Positions 56,047-64,000 of a stretch of DNA of 64,000 nucleotides are shown piece by piece. Where the stretch lies: positions 46,815-110,814 of the forward strand of contig JBEPZV010000004.1 in assembly GCA_041640655.1 (NCBI GenBank), in the 5' to 3' direction. This DNA comes from a bacterium. Its GTDB lineage: Bacteria; Acidobacteriota; Blastocatellia; HR10. The notes below the pieces were generated by a model. It was not told the origin of the DNA and searched no databases. It saw only the letters and a list, made by a program, of their open reading frames with translations. The stretch's first letter is position 1. Each line of letters begins with the position of its first letter. A program made the position numbers and the translations under genes.

Positions 56047-57602
56047 GCGAAGACCTCCGTCCCGATGGGGTGTGTGAAGATCCCGCGTTCGCGATGCTGA
56101 ATCGAGTGGCAGCGCCACTGCGCATCATTCGGGGCGGGGAAATCGGTGCGGAAGTGGGCGCCGCGGCTCTCCTCGCGAAAGAGGGCGGCGCGCGCGACGA
56201 GCCACGCGACCGTCGCGAGGTGGCGTGTGGCCAATGTCGGGGCTGCCCTCCGCAACGCCTCCAGGTCGTCGAGGGCCGAGCGCAACCGCTCCCCGTGGCG
56301 AATGAGCCCCACGGCCTCCCACATGATCGTCCGCAGGCGCCGGGCGATCGCGCCATCCAACGTCGCTTCCTCGGGACTGAGGTTCGATTCCCGAAGCGCT
56401 GGCGGTGTGGGAGCCGAGGAGGCGAACGCCAGAGCGCGCCGCGCCGCCCGCGCGCCGAAGACCAGGCCTTCGAGCAGCGAGTTGCTGGCCAGGCGATTGG
56501 CGCCATGCACGCCCGTACAGCTCACTTCGCCTGCAGCGAATAATCCCGCGATCCCCGTCCACCCATCGAGATCCGTGCGCACACCGCCCATGAAGTAGTG
56601 CGCGGCCGGACTGACGGGGATCCAGTCGCGCGTCAGGTCCAGCCCATAGTGCCGGCACGTCTCGTAGATGCGCGGGAAGCGCTCCCGGACAAAATGCGCC
56701 GGCAGGTGCGTGAGATCGAGGTACACGCAGTCGGCATCCGTGCGCTGCAGTTCGGTCACGATGGCGCGCGCGACGACATCGCGGGGAGCCAGTTCGGCCG
56801 CGTCGTGGTATCGCGGCATGAACCGTTCGCCAAACCGATTGCGCAAAACGCCGCCCTCCCCCCGCAAGGCCTCGCTCAGCAGAAAGCGCGGGGCGCCCGC
56901 TCGATGCAGGGCTGTCGGATGGAACTGCACGAACTCCATATCGGCCAGGAGCGCTCCCGCCTCATACGCCATCGCCATCCCCTCGCCGGTGACGACGTCG
57001 GGATTCGTCGTGTGGAGGTAAATATGCCCGGCCCCACCCGTCGCCAGAATGACCGCGTGTGCCCGCACCGTGTGTGACGTGCGCGCCCGTGTCTCCACAT
57101 ATTGGACGCCGAGACAGCGACCGTCGTGGATGAGCAAGCGCAGGGCGAAGGCGTGCGGGAGAATCTCGACACGAGGGAGCTCGCGCACGCGTTCGAGCAC
57201 CGTGCGCACGATCTCACGGCCGGTCGCATCGCCCCGAGCGTGGACGATGCGGCGCCGCGAGTGCGCCGCCTCCTGTCCGAACGCCAGCTGGTCCCCCGCG
57301 CGATCGAAGCGGCAGCCCCAGGCGATCAGCTCCTGCACGTACTGCGGTCCTTCCTCAACGAGCACGCGAACGGCTTCGGGATCACACAACCCGGCCCCGG
57401 CGCGCACCGTGTCTTCGAAATGCAAGGCGATCTCATCATCATCGCTCAAGGCGACGGCGACTCCCCCTTGGGCATATCGCGTGCTCGACTCGGTGAGTTC
57501 GTCTTTGGTCAGGATGAGGACCGATCCCGCTCGCCCCAACTCCACCGCCGCGCGCAGGCCGGCGATCCCGCTGCCGATGACGATGAAATCCACCTCGCGC
57601 AT
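56043..57602 (-). CDS. nadB: L-aspartate oxidase
   Basis: IGSGIAGL, YAQGGVA, AHSRRRI, QFHPT, SEALRGEG, ELAPRDVV, HYFMGG, GVHGANRLASNSLLE and ESRGAH. Confidence 0.93.
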   Translation of the reverse strand: MREVDFIVIGSGIAGLRAAVELGRAGSVLILTKDELTESSTRYAQGGVAVALSDDDEIALHFEDTVRAGAGLCDPEAVRVLVEEGPQYVQELIAWGCRFDRAGDQLAFGQEAAHSRRRIVHARGDATGREIVRTVLERVRELPRVEILPHAFALRLLIHDGRCLGVQYVETRARTSHTVRAHAVILATGGAGHIYLHTTNPDVVTGEGMAMAYEAGALLADMEFVQFHPTALHRAGAPRFLLSEALRGEGGVLRNRFGERFMPRYHDAAELAPRDVVARAIVTELQRTDADCVYLDLTHLPAHFVRERFPRIYETCRHYGLDLTRDWIPVSPAAHYFMGGVRTDLDGWTGIAGLFAAGEVSCTGVHGANRLASNSLLEGLVFGARAARRALAFASSAPTPPALRESNLSPEEATLDGAIARRLRTIMWEAVGLIRHGERLRSALDDLEALRRAAPTLATRHLATVAWLVARAALFREESRGAHFRTDFPAPNDAQWRCHSIQHRERGIFTHPIGTEVFA

Positions 57603-57614
57603 GATCGCGGGGCG

Positions 57615-58676
57615 TCACTCCGCCTTCTTCGCTTTCGCCTGCGGCGAAGGTTCCGGCTCCAGCGCTCGCGCGGCCTCGCGCCGCGGCAGGCCAAGCACCT
57701 GTCGGATCTCATTCTCGATGGTGAGCGCCAGATCGGGATTCGATTTCAGGAAGAGGCGGGCGTTCTCGCGCCCTTGACCGAGCCGCTCGCCTTTGTAGGA
57801 ATACCACGCGCCACTCTTCTCGATGATGCGGTGTTCGACGCCCAAGTCCAGGATCTCCCCCTCGCGCGAGATGCCTTCGCTGTAGAGCATATCGAATTCG
57901 GCCTCTTTGAAGGGCGGCGCGACCTTATTCTTCACCACGCGGACCTTCACGCGGTTGCCGATGATCGTCTCGCCGTCTTTGATGGCATTCGTTCGCCGCA
58001 TGTCCAGGCGCACACTCGCGTAGAATTTGAGCGCCTGCCCCCCGGTGGTCGTCTCCGGCGAGCCGAACATGACGCCGATCTTCTGTCGCATCTGGTTGAT
58101 GAAGATGAGCGCCGTGTTGGAGCGGTAGACGGCTCCGGCCAGCTTCCGAAGGGCTTGCGACATCAGGCGCGCCTGCAAGCCGGGCAAGGCATCGCCCATC
58201 TCCCCCTCCAACTCCGCGCGCGGCACCAGCGCCGCGACCGAATCAATGACGAGCACGTCCACGCCCCCGGAGCGGACCAGCGCTTCGGCGATCTCCAGTG
58301 CTTGCTCGCCGCTGTCGGGCTGGGAGACGAGCAGATCGTCAATGCGCACGCCGATCTTCTCGGCATATGCGGCATCCAGGGCGTGTTCGGCGTCAATGTA
58401 CGCAGCCACGCCGCCGAGCCGTTGCGCCTCAGCCGCCACATGCAGAGCAAGCGTCGTCTTCCCGCTGGCCTCCTGGCCGAAGATCTCCGTGATGCGCCCG
58501 CGCGGGATGCCGCCGACGCCCAACGCGGCATCCAGACTGAGGCTGGTCGTCGAGATGACCGGGATCTCCTCGACCTTCCGATCCCCGAGCCGCATGATCG
58601 CCCCCTTGCCGAATTGCTTCTCGATCTGGGCGAGGGCGATCTCGATGGCCTTGGCTTTCTTCTCCAGTTCGCTCAT
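57615..58676 (-). CDS. recA: Recombinase RecA
   Basis: [51 protein letters not shown] and VKNKVAPPF. Confidence 0.98.
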   Translation of the reverse strand: MSELEKKAKAIEIALAQIEKQFGKGAIMRLGDRKVEEIPVISTTSLSLDAALGVGGIPRGRITEIFGQEASGKTTLALHVAAEAQRLGGVAAYIDAEHALDAAYAEKIGVRIDDLLVSQPDSGEQALEIAEALVRSGGVDVLVIDSVAALVPRAELEGEMGDALPGLQARLMSQALRKLAGAVYRSNTALIFINQMRQKIGVMFGSPETTTGGQALKFYASVRLDMRRTNAIKDGETIIGNRVKVRVVKNKVAPPFKEAEFDMLYSEGISREGEILDLGVEHRIIEKSGAWYSYKGERLGQGRENARLFLKSNPDLALTIENEIRQVLGLPRREAARALEPEPSPQAKAKKAE

Positions 58677-58711
58677 ACCCATCTCTCCCAGAGGGGCTTC
58701 ACCCTCGCGCA

Positions 58712-58741
58712 AGTTTACTTCGAGATGGACGCGCGCGTCCA
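58712..58741 (-). promoter_or_regulatory. Putative recA promoter overlapped by the perfect palindrome TGGACGCGCGCGTCCA
   Basis: -10 TAAACT at 58712-58717; the 16-bp palindrome at 58726-58741 covers the -35 region. Confidence 0.5.
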
Positions 58742-58752
58742 GCAGGCGCTCG

Positions 58753-59610
58753 TCATGCTCCGGGCGCCAGATCGAGGCGCTCGGCCCCCGCGTAGACGTT
58801 GAAGCGTCCATCCCGGAGGAAGCCGATCAGCGTGAGCCCGAAATCGCGCGCCACGGTGACGGCCAAACTGCTCGGCGCGCCAATGGCCGCGACCACGGGG
58901 ATTCCGGCGACCAGCGCCTTCTGCACCAATTCGAAACTGGCCCGTCCGCTGAGCAGCGCGATCGTGCCGGAGGCCGGAACGCTTTCGGTGAGCACCAGGT
59001 GTCCGACCACCTTGTCCATCGCGTTGTGGCGGCCGACATCCTCGCGCACAAGGAGCAAGCGCCCGTGTCCGTCAAAGAGCGCCGCGGCGTGAACGCCACC
59101 GGTGCGCGCAAACAGCGATTGCGCGTCTCGCGCGCTCTCCGAGAGCGCGAAGAGCACATCGCGCGCGATGCGGGCCGCATCCGCGAGCGGTCGCCGAATG
59201 AGCGCGCGCACCAGCTCGAGCGAGGCCTTTCCGCAGATGCCGCAACTGGAGCTCGTGTAGAAGTTCCGGCTCAGCCGTGCCGGATCCACCTGCACACCTT
59301 CGGCCAGCACGACGTTGACGATATTTCGAGGCGCTTCCCCCTCGTGCTCGGCGCAGTAGTGAATGTCGAGGATATCTCGGCGGCTCGCGATCACCCCCTC
59401 GGTGAAGAGAAAGCCCACGGCCAGCTCGAAATCGTGGCCCGGCGTGCGCATGGTCACGGCCAGGCTGTGGGCGACCCACTCCTTCCCCTCGCGTCGGAGT
59501 ACCCGCACCTCCATCGGCTCTTCAACGGCCAGCTCATCTTCGCGCGCCTCGATACCCCCTGGATGGATCGAGAGCACGGAGGCGCAGCGGATCGCGTCCG
59601 GAGTCTCCAT
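58753..59610 (-). CDS. fdhD: Formate dehydrogenase accessory sulfurtransferase
   Basis: [54 protein letters not shown] and APSSLA. Confidence 0.95.
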   Translation of the reverse strand: METPDAIRCASVLSIHPGGIEAREDELAVEEPMEVRVLRREGKEWVAHSLAVTMRTPGHDFELAVGFLFTEGVIASRRDILDIHYCAEHEGEAPRNIVNVVLAEGVQVDPARLSRNFYTSSSCGICGKASLELVRALIRRPLADAARIARDVLFALSESARDAQSLFARTGGVHAAALFDGHGRLLLVREDVGRHNAMDKVVGHLVLTESVPASGTIALLSGRASFELVQKALVAGIPVVAAIGAPSSLAVTVARDFGLTLIGFLRDGRFNVYAGAERLDLAPGA

Positions 59611-59642
59611 CGCCCTCACCTCGGTGCGCACCGGGAGCGCCT

Positions 59643-61835
59643 TCACGTCGTCCGAGTGGCATCCGGGAGGACCTCGACGATCTCGCTGCGGAACGCGGGC
59701 ATGCCGCATTCGGGATCGCGCGCCTCACGCCGGATGAGCACGTTGGCTTCGGGCCAGTAGAGCATCACCACGCCGGGGCGGACCGCTCCCGAGCGCGCGC
59801 GTCCGCGAAATTCTCCAATTGCCGATCGCACGCGGACAGGATCACCCTCGCGGAGGCCGAGACGCTCCAGGTCCTCCGGAGCTAGGATCACATCATCGCG
59901 CCGCGCATCGGCCAGCACGTCGTGATCGCCGAAGCGCATGCTGTTGAACTGCTTGCCGCGCCGCGTCGTCAGTTGGAACCGGCCCTCGGGGATTTCGCGC
60001 TCCTGAGGGACAAGCGGTGTGAAGCGCGCCCGCCCCGTCGGTGTGGGGAATCGCCCATCTTCCCCCAAGCGCGGGCCGCCCCACTGCAGCTGATCTCCCG
60101 GGCGTCGCAATCGCTGGATGCCGTCGTAGAAGGGCACGATCCGGGCGATCTCCTCCCGAATCTCCGCCGTTGAGGCGAAGGCGATCTTCGCCGCCAGATC
60201 GGGGCGCACGCGCTGAGCCAGCTCCACGAGCACGCGCCATTCATCGCGCGCTTGCTCCAGGCGCGGGCCCGGGATCTCCGGATTGAAGATGATGCGGCGC
60301 TCGGTCGTCGTCTCCGTATTCCCTCCGGCCATCTCGTAGCGCGTGGTCGCGGGCAGGATCAGGACCACATCGGCCGGTTCCACGAGCATCTGCGGATTGA
60401 GGACGATGTCGTGATGCACGCGCAGCGGGATGCGCGCCAGGGCCTCGCGCACGAATCGGCTATCGGGCAATACGCCGATGAGGTTGCTGCCGATCAGGTA
60501 GAACACATCCAGCGCTCCCCGATGCGCCGCTTCGATCATCTCCGCGACGACGTATCCGCGCCAGGCGGGAACGGGAAATCCCCACTGCCGCGCCAGCTCC
60601 TCCGCGCTCTGCTCCGTGATCGGAACGCCGCCGGGGAAGTGATGGGGGACGGCGCCCATCTCCGCTCCCCCTTGAACGCCCGAGTGGCCGCGAATGGCGA
60701 CGAGCCCACAGTGGGGGCGTCCGATCATGCCGCGCGCCAGCGCCACGTTGACGATGGCTTTGACGTTGGCCACGCCGTGCTCGTGCATGGTCACTCCCAT
60801 GGACCAGATGAAGACGGCCGTGCGGGCGCGCGCATACAAGCGCGCGAAATCGAGCATCCGCTCGCGCGTCGTGCCCGAGAGGCGTTCCAACTGCTCGAAG
60901 CTCTGCCGCTCCAGCTCGCGCACCAGATCCTCCCACCCGTCCGTGTGCCGTGCGATGAAGGCGTGATCCACCCAGTCATGAGCGATGAGGTGCTTCAGGA
61001 CGCCGTTCAAGAACGCGATGTCACCGCCCACGCGAATCTGGAAGAACTCGTCGGCGACGCGCGTTCCAAAGAGCGCCGAGTCCAGCGCGGAGGGGACCCA
61101 ATAGCGCTCCAGTCCCGGCTCGCGATACGGATTGATGACGACGACGCGCGTGCCCTGCTTCTTCGCCAGGTGGATGTACTTCATCGCCACCGGCTGATTG
61201 TTGGCGAGGTTGCTGCCGATGAGCACGAGCAGGTCCGTCCCGATCCAATCCCGATAGCTGCACGTGGAGGCCGCGTAGCCGATCGTCTGCTTGAGCGCCG
61301 TCGTGCTCGGCGCGTGGCAGATGCGCGCCGAATTGTCGATATGGTTGGTGCCGAGCGCGCGGGCGACCTTCTGCGCCACGTAGTAGGTCTCGTTCACCGT
61401 CCCGCGCGAGACCAGGTAGAAGGCGATTCGTTCGGGCACCGTCGCGCGCATCCGTTCGGCGATGAGATCGAGCGCGTCATCCCAGGAGATCGGTCGGAAG
61501 CCGCCCTCGCCCCGACGGCGCCACAGCGGCACGGGCACACGTCCGAGCCGACGCAATTGGGGCTCACTCATCTGCTCCAGCTGCGTCGCGTCGCGCAGCA
61601 GCTCCGGGTCCAACGGCCCCATCGTGTTCACGCGGAGCAGATTGAGCCGAATCCAGCAGAGGTGAATCCCCGGGATCGTCCAATCGCGCAATCCGCTTGT
61701 GCCGAGCGCGCATCCGTCGCACACGCCGCGCGTCAGGATCCGCCAGGCGTAGCCGAGGCGGTCGCGATTCTCCCAGATGGCGCGAAAGACTTCCAGATAG
61801 GAGTTGATCCGTCGCCTGTGCTCGCCTCTCATCAT
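59643..61835 (-). CDS. FdhF/YdeP-family molybdopterin oxidoreductase
   Basis: CDGCALG, ISWDDAL, DNSARICHAPS, RGHSGVQG, TTTERRI and TRRGKQFNS; adjacent to fdhD. Confidence 0.88.
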   Translation of the reverse strand: MMRGEHRRRINSYLEVFRAIWENRDRLGYAWRILTRGVCDGCALGTSGLRDWTIPGIHLCWIRLNLLRVNTMGPLDPELLRDATQLEQMSEPQLRRLGRVPVPLWRRRGEGGFRPISWDDALDLIAERMRATVPERIAFYLVSRGTVNETYYVAQKVARALGTNHIDNSARICHAPSTTALKQTIGYAASTCSYRDWIGTDLLVLIGSNLANNQPVAMKYIHLAKKQGTRVVVINPYREPGLERYWVPSALDSALFGTRVADEFFQIRVGGDIAFLNGVLKHLIAHDWVDHAFIARHTDGWEDLVRELERQSFEQLERLSGTTRERMLDFARLYARARTAVFIWSMGVTMHEHGVANVKAIVNVALARGMIGRPHCGLVAIRGHSGVQGGAEMGAVPHHFPGGVPITEQSAEELARQWGFPVPAWRGYVVAEMIEAAHRGALDVFYLIGSNLIGVLPDSRFVREALARIPLRVHHDIVLNPQMLVEPADVVLILPATTRYEMAGGNTETTTERRIIFNPEIPGPRLEQARDEWRVLVELAQRVRPDLAAKIAFASTAEIREEIARIVPFYDGIQRLRRPGDQLQWGGPRLGEDGRFPTPTGRARFTPLVPQEREIPEGRFQLTTRRGKQFNSMRFGDHDVLADARRDDVILAPEDLERLGLREGDPVRVRSAIGEFRGRARSGAVRPGVVMLYWPEANVLIRREARDPECGMPAFRSEIVEVLPDATRTT

Positions 61836-61943
61836 GCCCTCCCGGTGAACAGAGAGAGTGTACAGAGGCCTCCGCTTCGGGTCAACGAGGGGGAGACCGC
61901 CGCGCCGACCGGCGATCTTCAATCCGGCGCGCGCCGCCTCCGT

Positions 61944-62645
61944 TCACAGTTCGCCGTGGGCGGCGAAGCTCCAGTAGCGATTGTGTCCGATGATGAGATG
62001 ATCGAGCAGCGCGATCTCCATCAGGCGGCAGGCCTCTTTCAACTCGCGCGTGAGCATTCGGTCTTGGGGACTCGGTTCCGGATTCCCCGAGGGATGGTTG
62101 TGCGCGCAGATGAGCGCCGCCGCGCCGTGATGTAAGGCCCGCTTGATGACTTCGCGCGGGTGGACGGCGCTGACATTGATCGTGCCGCGGAACAGCTCCT
62201 CGATGGCCAGGATCTCGTTCTTGCTGTTCAGGAAGAGGACGGTGAAGACTTCGCGATCCAGATCGCGCATGGAGTGGGCCAGGAGCTGATAGACATCGTC
62301 GGGATTTCGAATCGCGCGACGCTGTTCGAGTTGCTCGCGCAGGTATCGCTTGCTCAACTCGATCGTAGCCAGCAGCGTCGCGATCTTCGCATCGCCGAGC
62401 CCCTTGACGGCGCGCAGCTCGCGATAGTCGGCGGCGAAGAGCCCGCGCAATCCCTGGAATCGCTGCAAGAGCGCGCGCGCCAGGTCCACGGCGCTGCGAC
62501 CGCTGACGCCCGTGCGCAGGAAGATGGCCAGCAGCTCTGCATCCGAGAGCGATTCGGGGCCGTGCTTGAGCAAGCGTTCGCGGGGCCGCTCATGGCGGGG
62601 CCAATACTTGATGGCATCCTCGCGCAGCGGTTCTCTCCTCGTCAT
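61944..62645 (-). CDS. radC: RadC/UPF0758 JAB-domain protein
   Basis: RPRERLL, LSDAELLA, GLGDAK, HPREV, HNHPSG.PEPS..D and LLDHLII. Confidence 0.95.
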   Translation of the reverse strand: MTRREPLREDAIKYWPRHERPRERLLKHGPESLSDAELLAIFLRTGVSGRSAVDLARALLQRFQGLRGLFAADYRELRAVKGLGDAKIATLLATIELSKRYLREQLEQRRAIRNPDDVYQLLAHSMRDLDREVFTVLFLNSKNEILAIEELFRGTINVSAVHPREVIKRALHHGAAALICAHNHPSGNPEPSPQDRMLTRELKEACRLMEIALLDHLIIGHNRYWSFAAHGEL

Positions 62646-62693
62646 GGGCGGTCATCGGAGGGGATCGGTGCCGATCCCCTCCGGAAGCGAGTC

Positions 62694-63776
62694 TCAGGCG
62701 CGGACGCCCGCTTGATACCGCCGATACCACTCTTCCCCTTGATGCTGAAGGCGAATGTTGAAGCGGCCACCGAAGCGGCGATGCTCGAACCAGGGCGTCG
62801 CGCGCTCGGCGATCTCATTGAGGCGGCGGAAATTCTCCCGGGCCTGCGTCTCCAGCGCCCGCACCAACTTCGCCTCATCCGGGTAGAGGGCGACAGCATC
62901 CTTCCAGATCGCGCGCCCGCAGAGGAAGCCGTTGGCGCCAGCCTCAACGGCCAGGCGCGTGTTCTCGATGAACTCCTCAATGTCCACGCCCGCGCTCAAG
63001 ATGACCCACGGCACGCCCGCCGCTTCGTTCAGCTCCCGACAGTAGGCCCTCACCTCCTCGAGCGTGTACACGGGCTCGACGTCCTTCTTCCCGAAGGGCG
63101 CCGATTGGAACTCCCGGCAGTATTTCAGATTCGCCGGGAATTCGAGCTTGAGCACATCCACCTGGTATTCGGGCTTGGAGAATTCGCGCGCGCTTCGGAT
63201 GACGATCTGCGGCTTCTGCCGCGCGTACTCCGGTGTGTTCGTGCCGCCACCGTCGAGCGCATATCCGACCGTCTCCAGCAGGAATGGGATATCCAATTCC
63301 GCGCACTCCTGGCCCACGCGTCGCACGAGGTCCTGTTGATGCTGCCGCGCCCGCTCATCCGCATCCGGGTGGTAGTAGAGCAACAGCTTCACGGCGTCCG
63401 CCCCCGCCGCGCGCGCCTTCCACGCGCTCCATCCCTCGATGAGTTTGCTGTACCGGCTCTTGCCCACAGCTTCGTATCCGGTCTCCTCATACGCCAGCAG
63501 CAGCCCCACGTGTCCGGGGATATAGGCGATCGAGTACGGGTATCCGTAGACCGGATCGGTGAGCACGGCCGTCGCCATGGGCGCGAGGGTCTTCGTCACC
63601 AGTTGCTTCACGCGCGCGATCTCCTCAAACGTCACCTGCTCTCTGGGCTTACCCGAGGAGCGCGCGAGCGACTCAATGAGCGATCCGCGCTGATCAATGG
63701 CCATCATCTTGAATCGGCCCGCCGCATCGGCCAGCCGCATGAGCCCGCGAAACTTCCCCGCGGAGATCTCCGTCAT
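62694..63776 (-). CDS. LacD-family class I aldolase (tagatose-1,6-bisphosphate/sulfofructosephosphate aldolase-like)
   Basis: AIDQRGSL, VLTDPVYG, AVKLLLYY, DVLKLEFP, PWVILSAGV and GFLCGRAIW. GGAGG RBS before ATG 63776. Confidence 0.88.
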   Translation of the reverse strand: MTEISAGKFRGLMRLADAAGRFKMMAIDQRGSLIESLARSSGKPREQVTFEEIARVKQLVTKTLAPMATAVLTDPVYGYPYSIAYIPGHVGLLLAYEETGYEAVGKSRYSKLIEGWSAWKARAAGADAVKLLLYYHPDADERARQHQQDLVRRVGQECAELDIPFLLETVGYALDGGGTNTPEYARQKPQIVIRSAREFSKPEYQVDVLKLEFPANLKYCREFQSAPFGKKDVEPVYTLEEVRAYCRELNEAAGVPWVILSAGVDIEEFIENTRLAVEAGANGFLCGRAIWKDAVALYPDEAKLVRALETQARENFRRLNEIAERATPWFEHRRFGGRFNIRLQHQGEEWYRRYQAGVRA

Positions 63777-64000
63777 GGTCCCCTCCATGCTCGGTTGATA
63801 ACACGGACAAGGATAGCGAAATCCCCTCGCCTCGTTCAAGGAACCGACGATGTCGCCGGCGTCACGGCCCGCGCAACTTGCCACCTCCAGATGTCCCCGA
63901 GGTGGACGGAGGTCCTTATCGGTCCGAAGACCCCTCAGAGCGTCGCACGCCACAACTCCAGGAGCGCGCGAAAATCCTCCGGTGGAGGAGAGTGAAAGCA

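Noticed and set aside
57615..58811. N-terminal extensions in ORF-track calls (recA, pstA, GH4, TonB #2, aldolase and others)
   Set aside because: These are longest-ORF artefacts. Downstream starts have RBSs or stop-start overlaps and match family N-termini.
59643..61835. Selenocysteine recoding in the FdhF-like gene
   Set aside because: There is no in-frame TGA; the active-site position is Cys (ARICH).
61944..62645. radC as a marker of a mobile element
   Set aside because: It is the full-length chromosomal type with the N-terminal HhH region, among housekeeping genes, with no integrase or att site nearby.

Overview
GC-rich bacterial chromosomal window. Oar-type TonB-dependent receptors and the gene content suggest Acidobacteriota, possibly a thermophilic Blastocatellia-like lineage (inference). 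From left to right: (1) the N-terminus of a heptad-repeat coiled-coil gene running off the left edge. (2) A ~27 kb minus-strand catabolic locus: LacI, iolB, iolC, iolD, TonB receptor, PIG-L deacetylase, APC permease, PfkB kinase, GH4, iolA/mmsA, then a second TonB receptor, PHP phosphoesterase, GH38 alpha-mannosidase, an unknown secreted protein and a Zn dehydrogenase. (3) A divergently transcribed two-gene cassette: a TPR protein with a C-terminal Fis-type HTH, followed by a small secreted propeptide with an internally repeated GVTAGG(K/R)P(Y/F) motif. This is the best candidate for an undescribed system, an RRNPP-like peptide signalling pair in a diderm. (4) A complete porin-pstSCAB-phoU-phoB-phoR operon with a four-unit Pho box. 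A matching box sits upstream of the second TonB receptor, which links the inositol/mannoside locus to phosphate starvation. (5) htpX, grpE and a Clp ATPase lacking both pore-loop tyrosines, then folP, an orphan repeat-rich 1.1 kb region with a strong promoter, and an FG-GAP protein. (6) Housekeeping genes: aspA, lysS, ftsY, nfi, terC, nadB, recA, fdhD, a FdhF/YdeP oxidoreductase, radC and a LacD-type aldolase. No rRNA, tRNA, CRISPR array or intact transposase was recognised. All calls come from reading the sequence by eye; no database searches were run.
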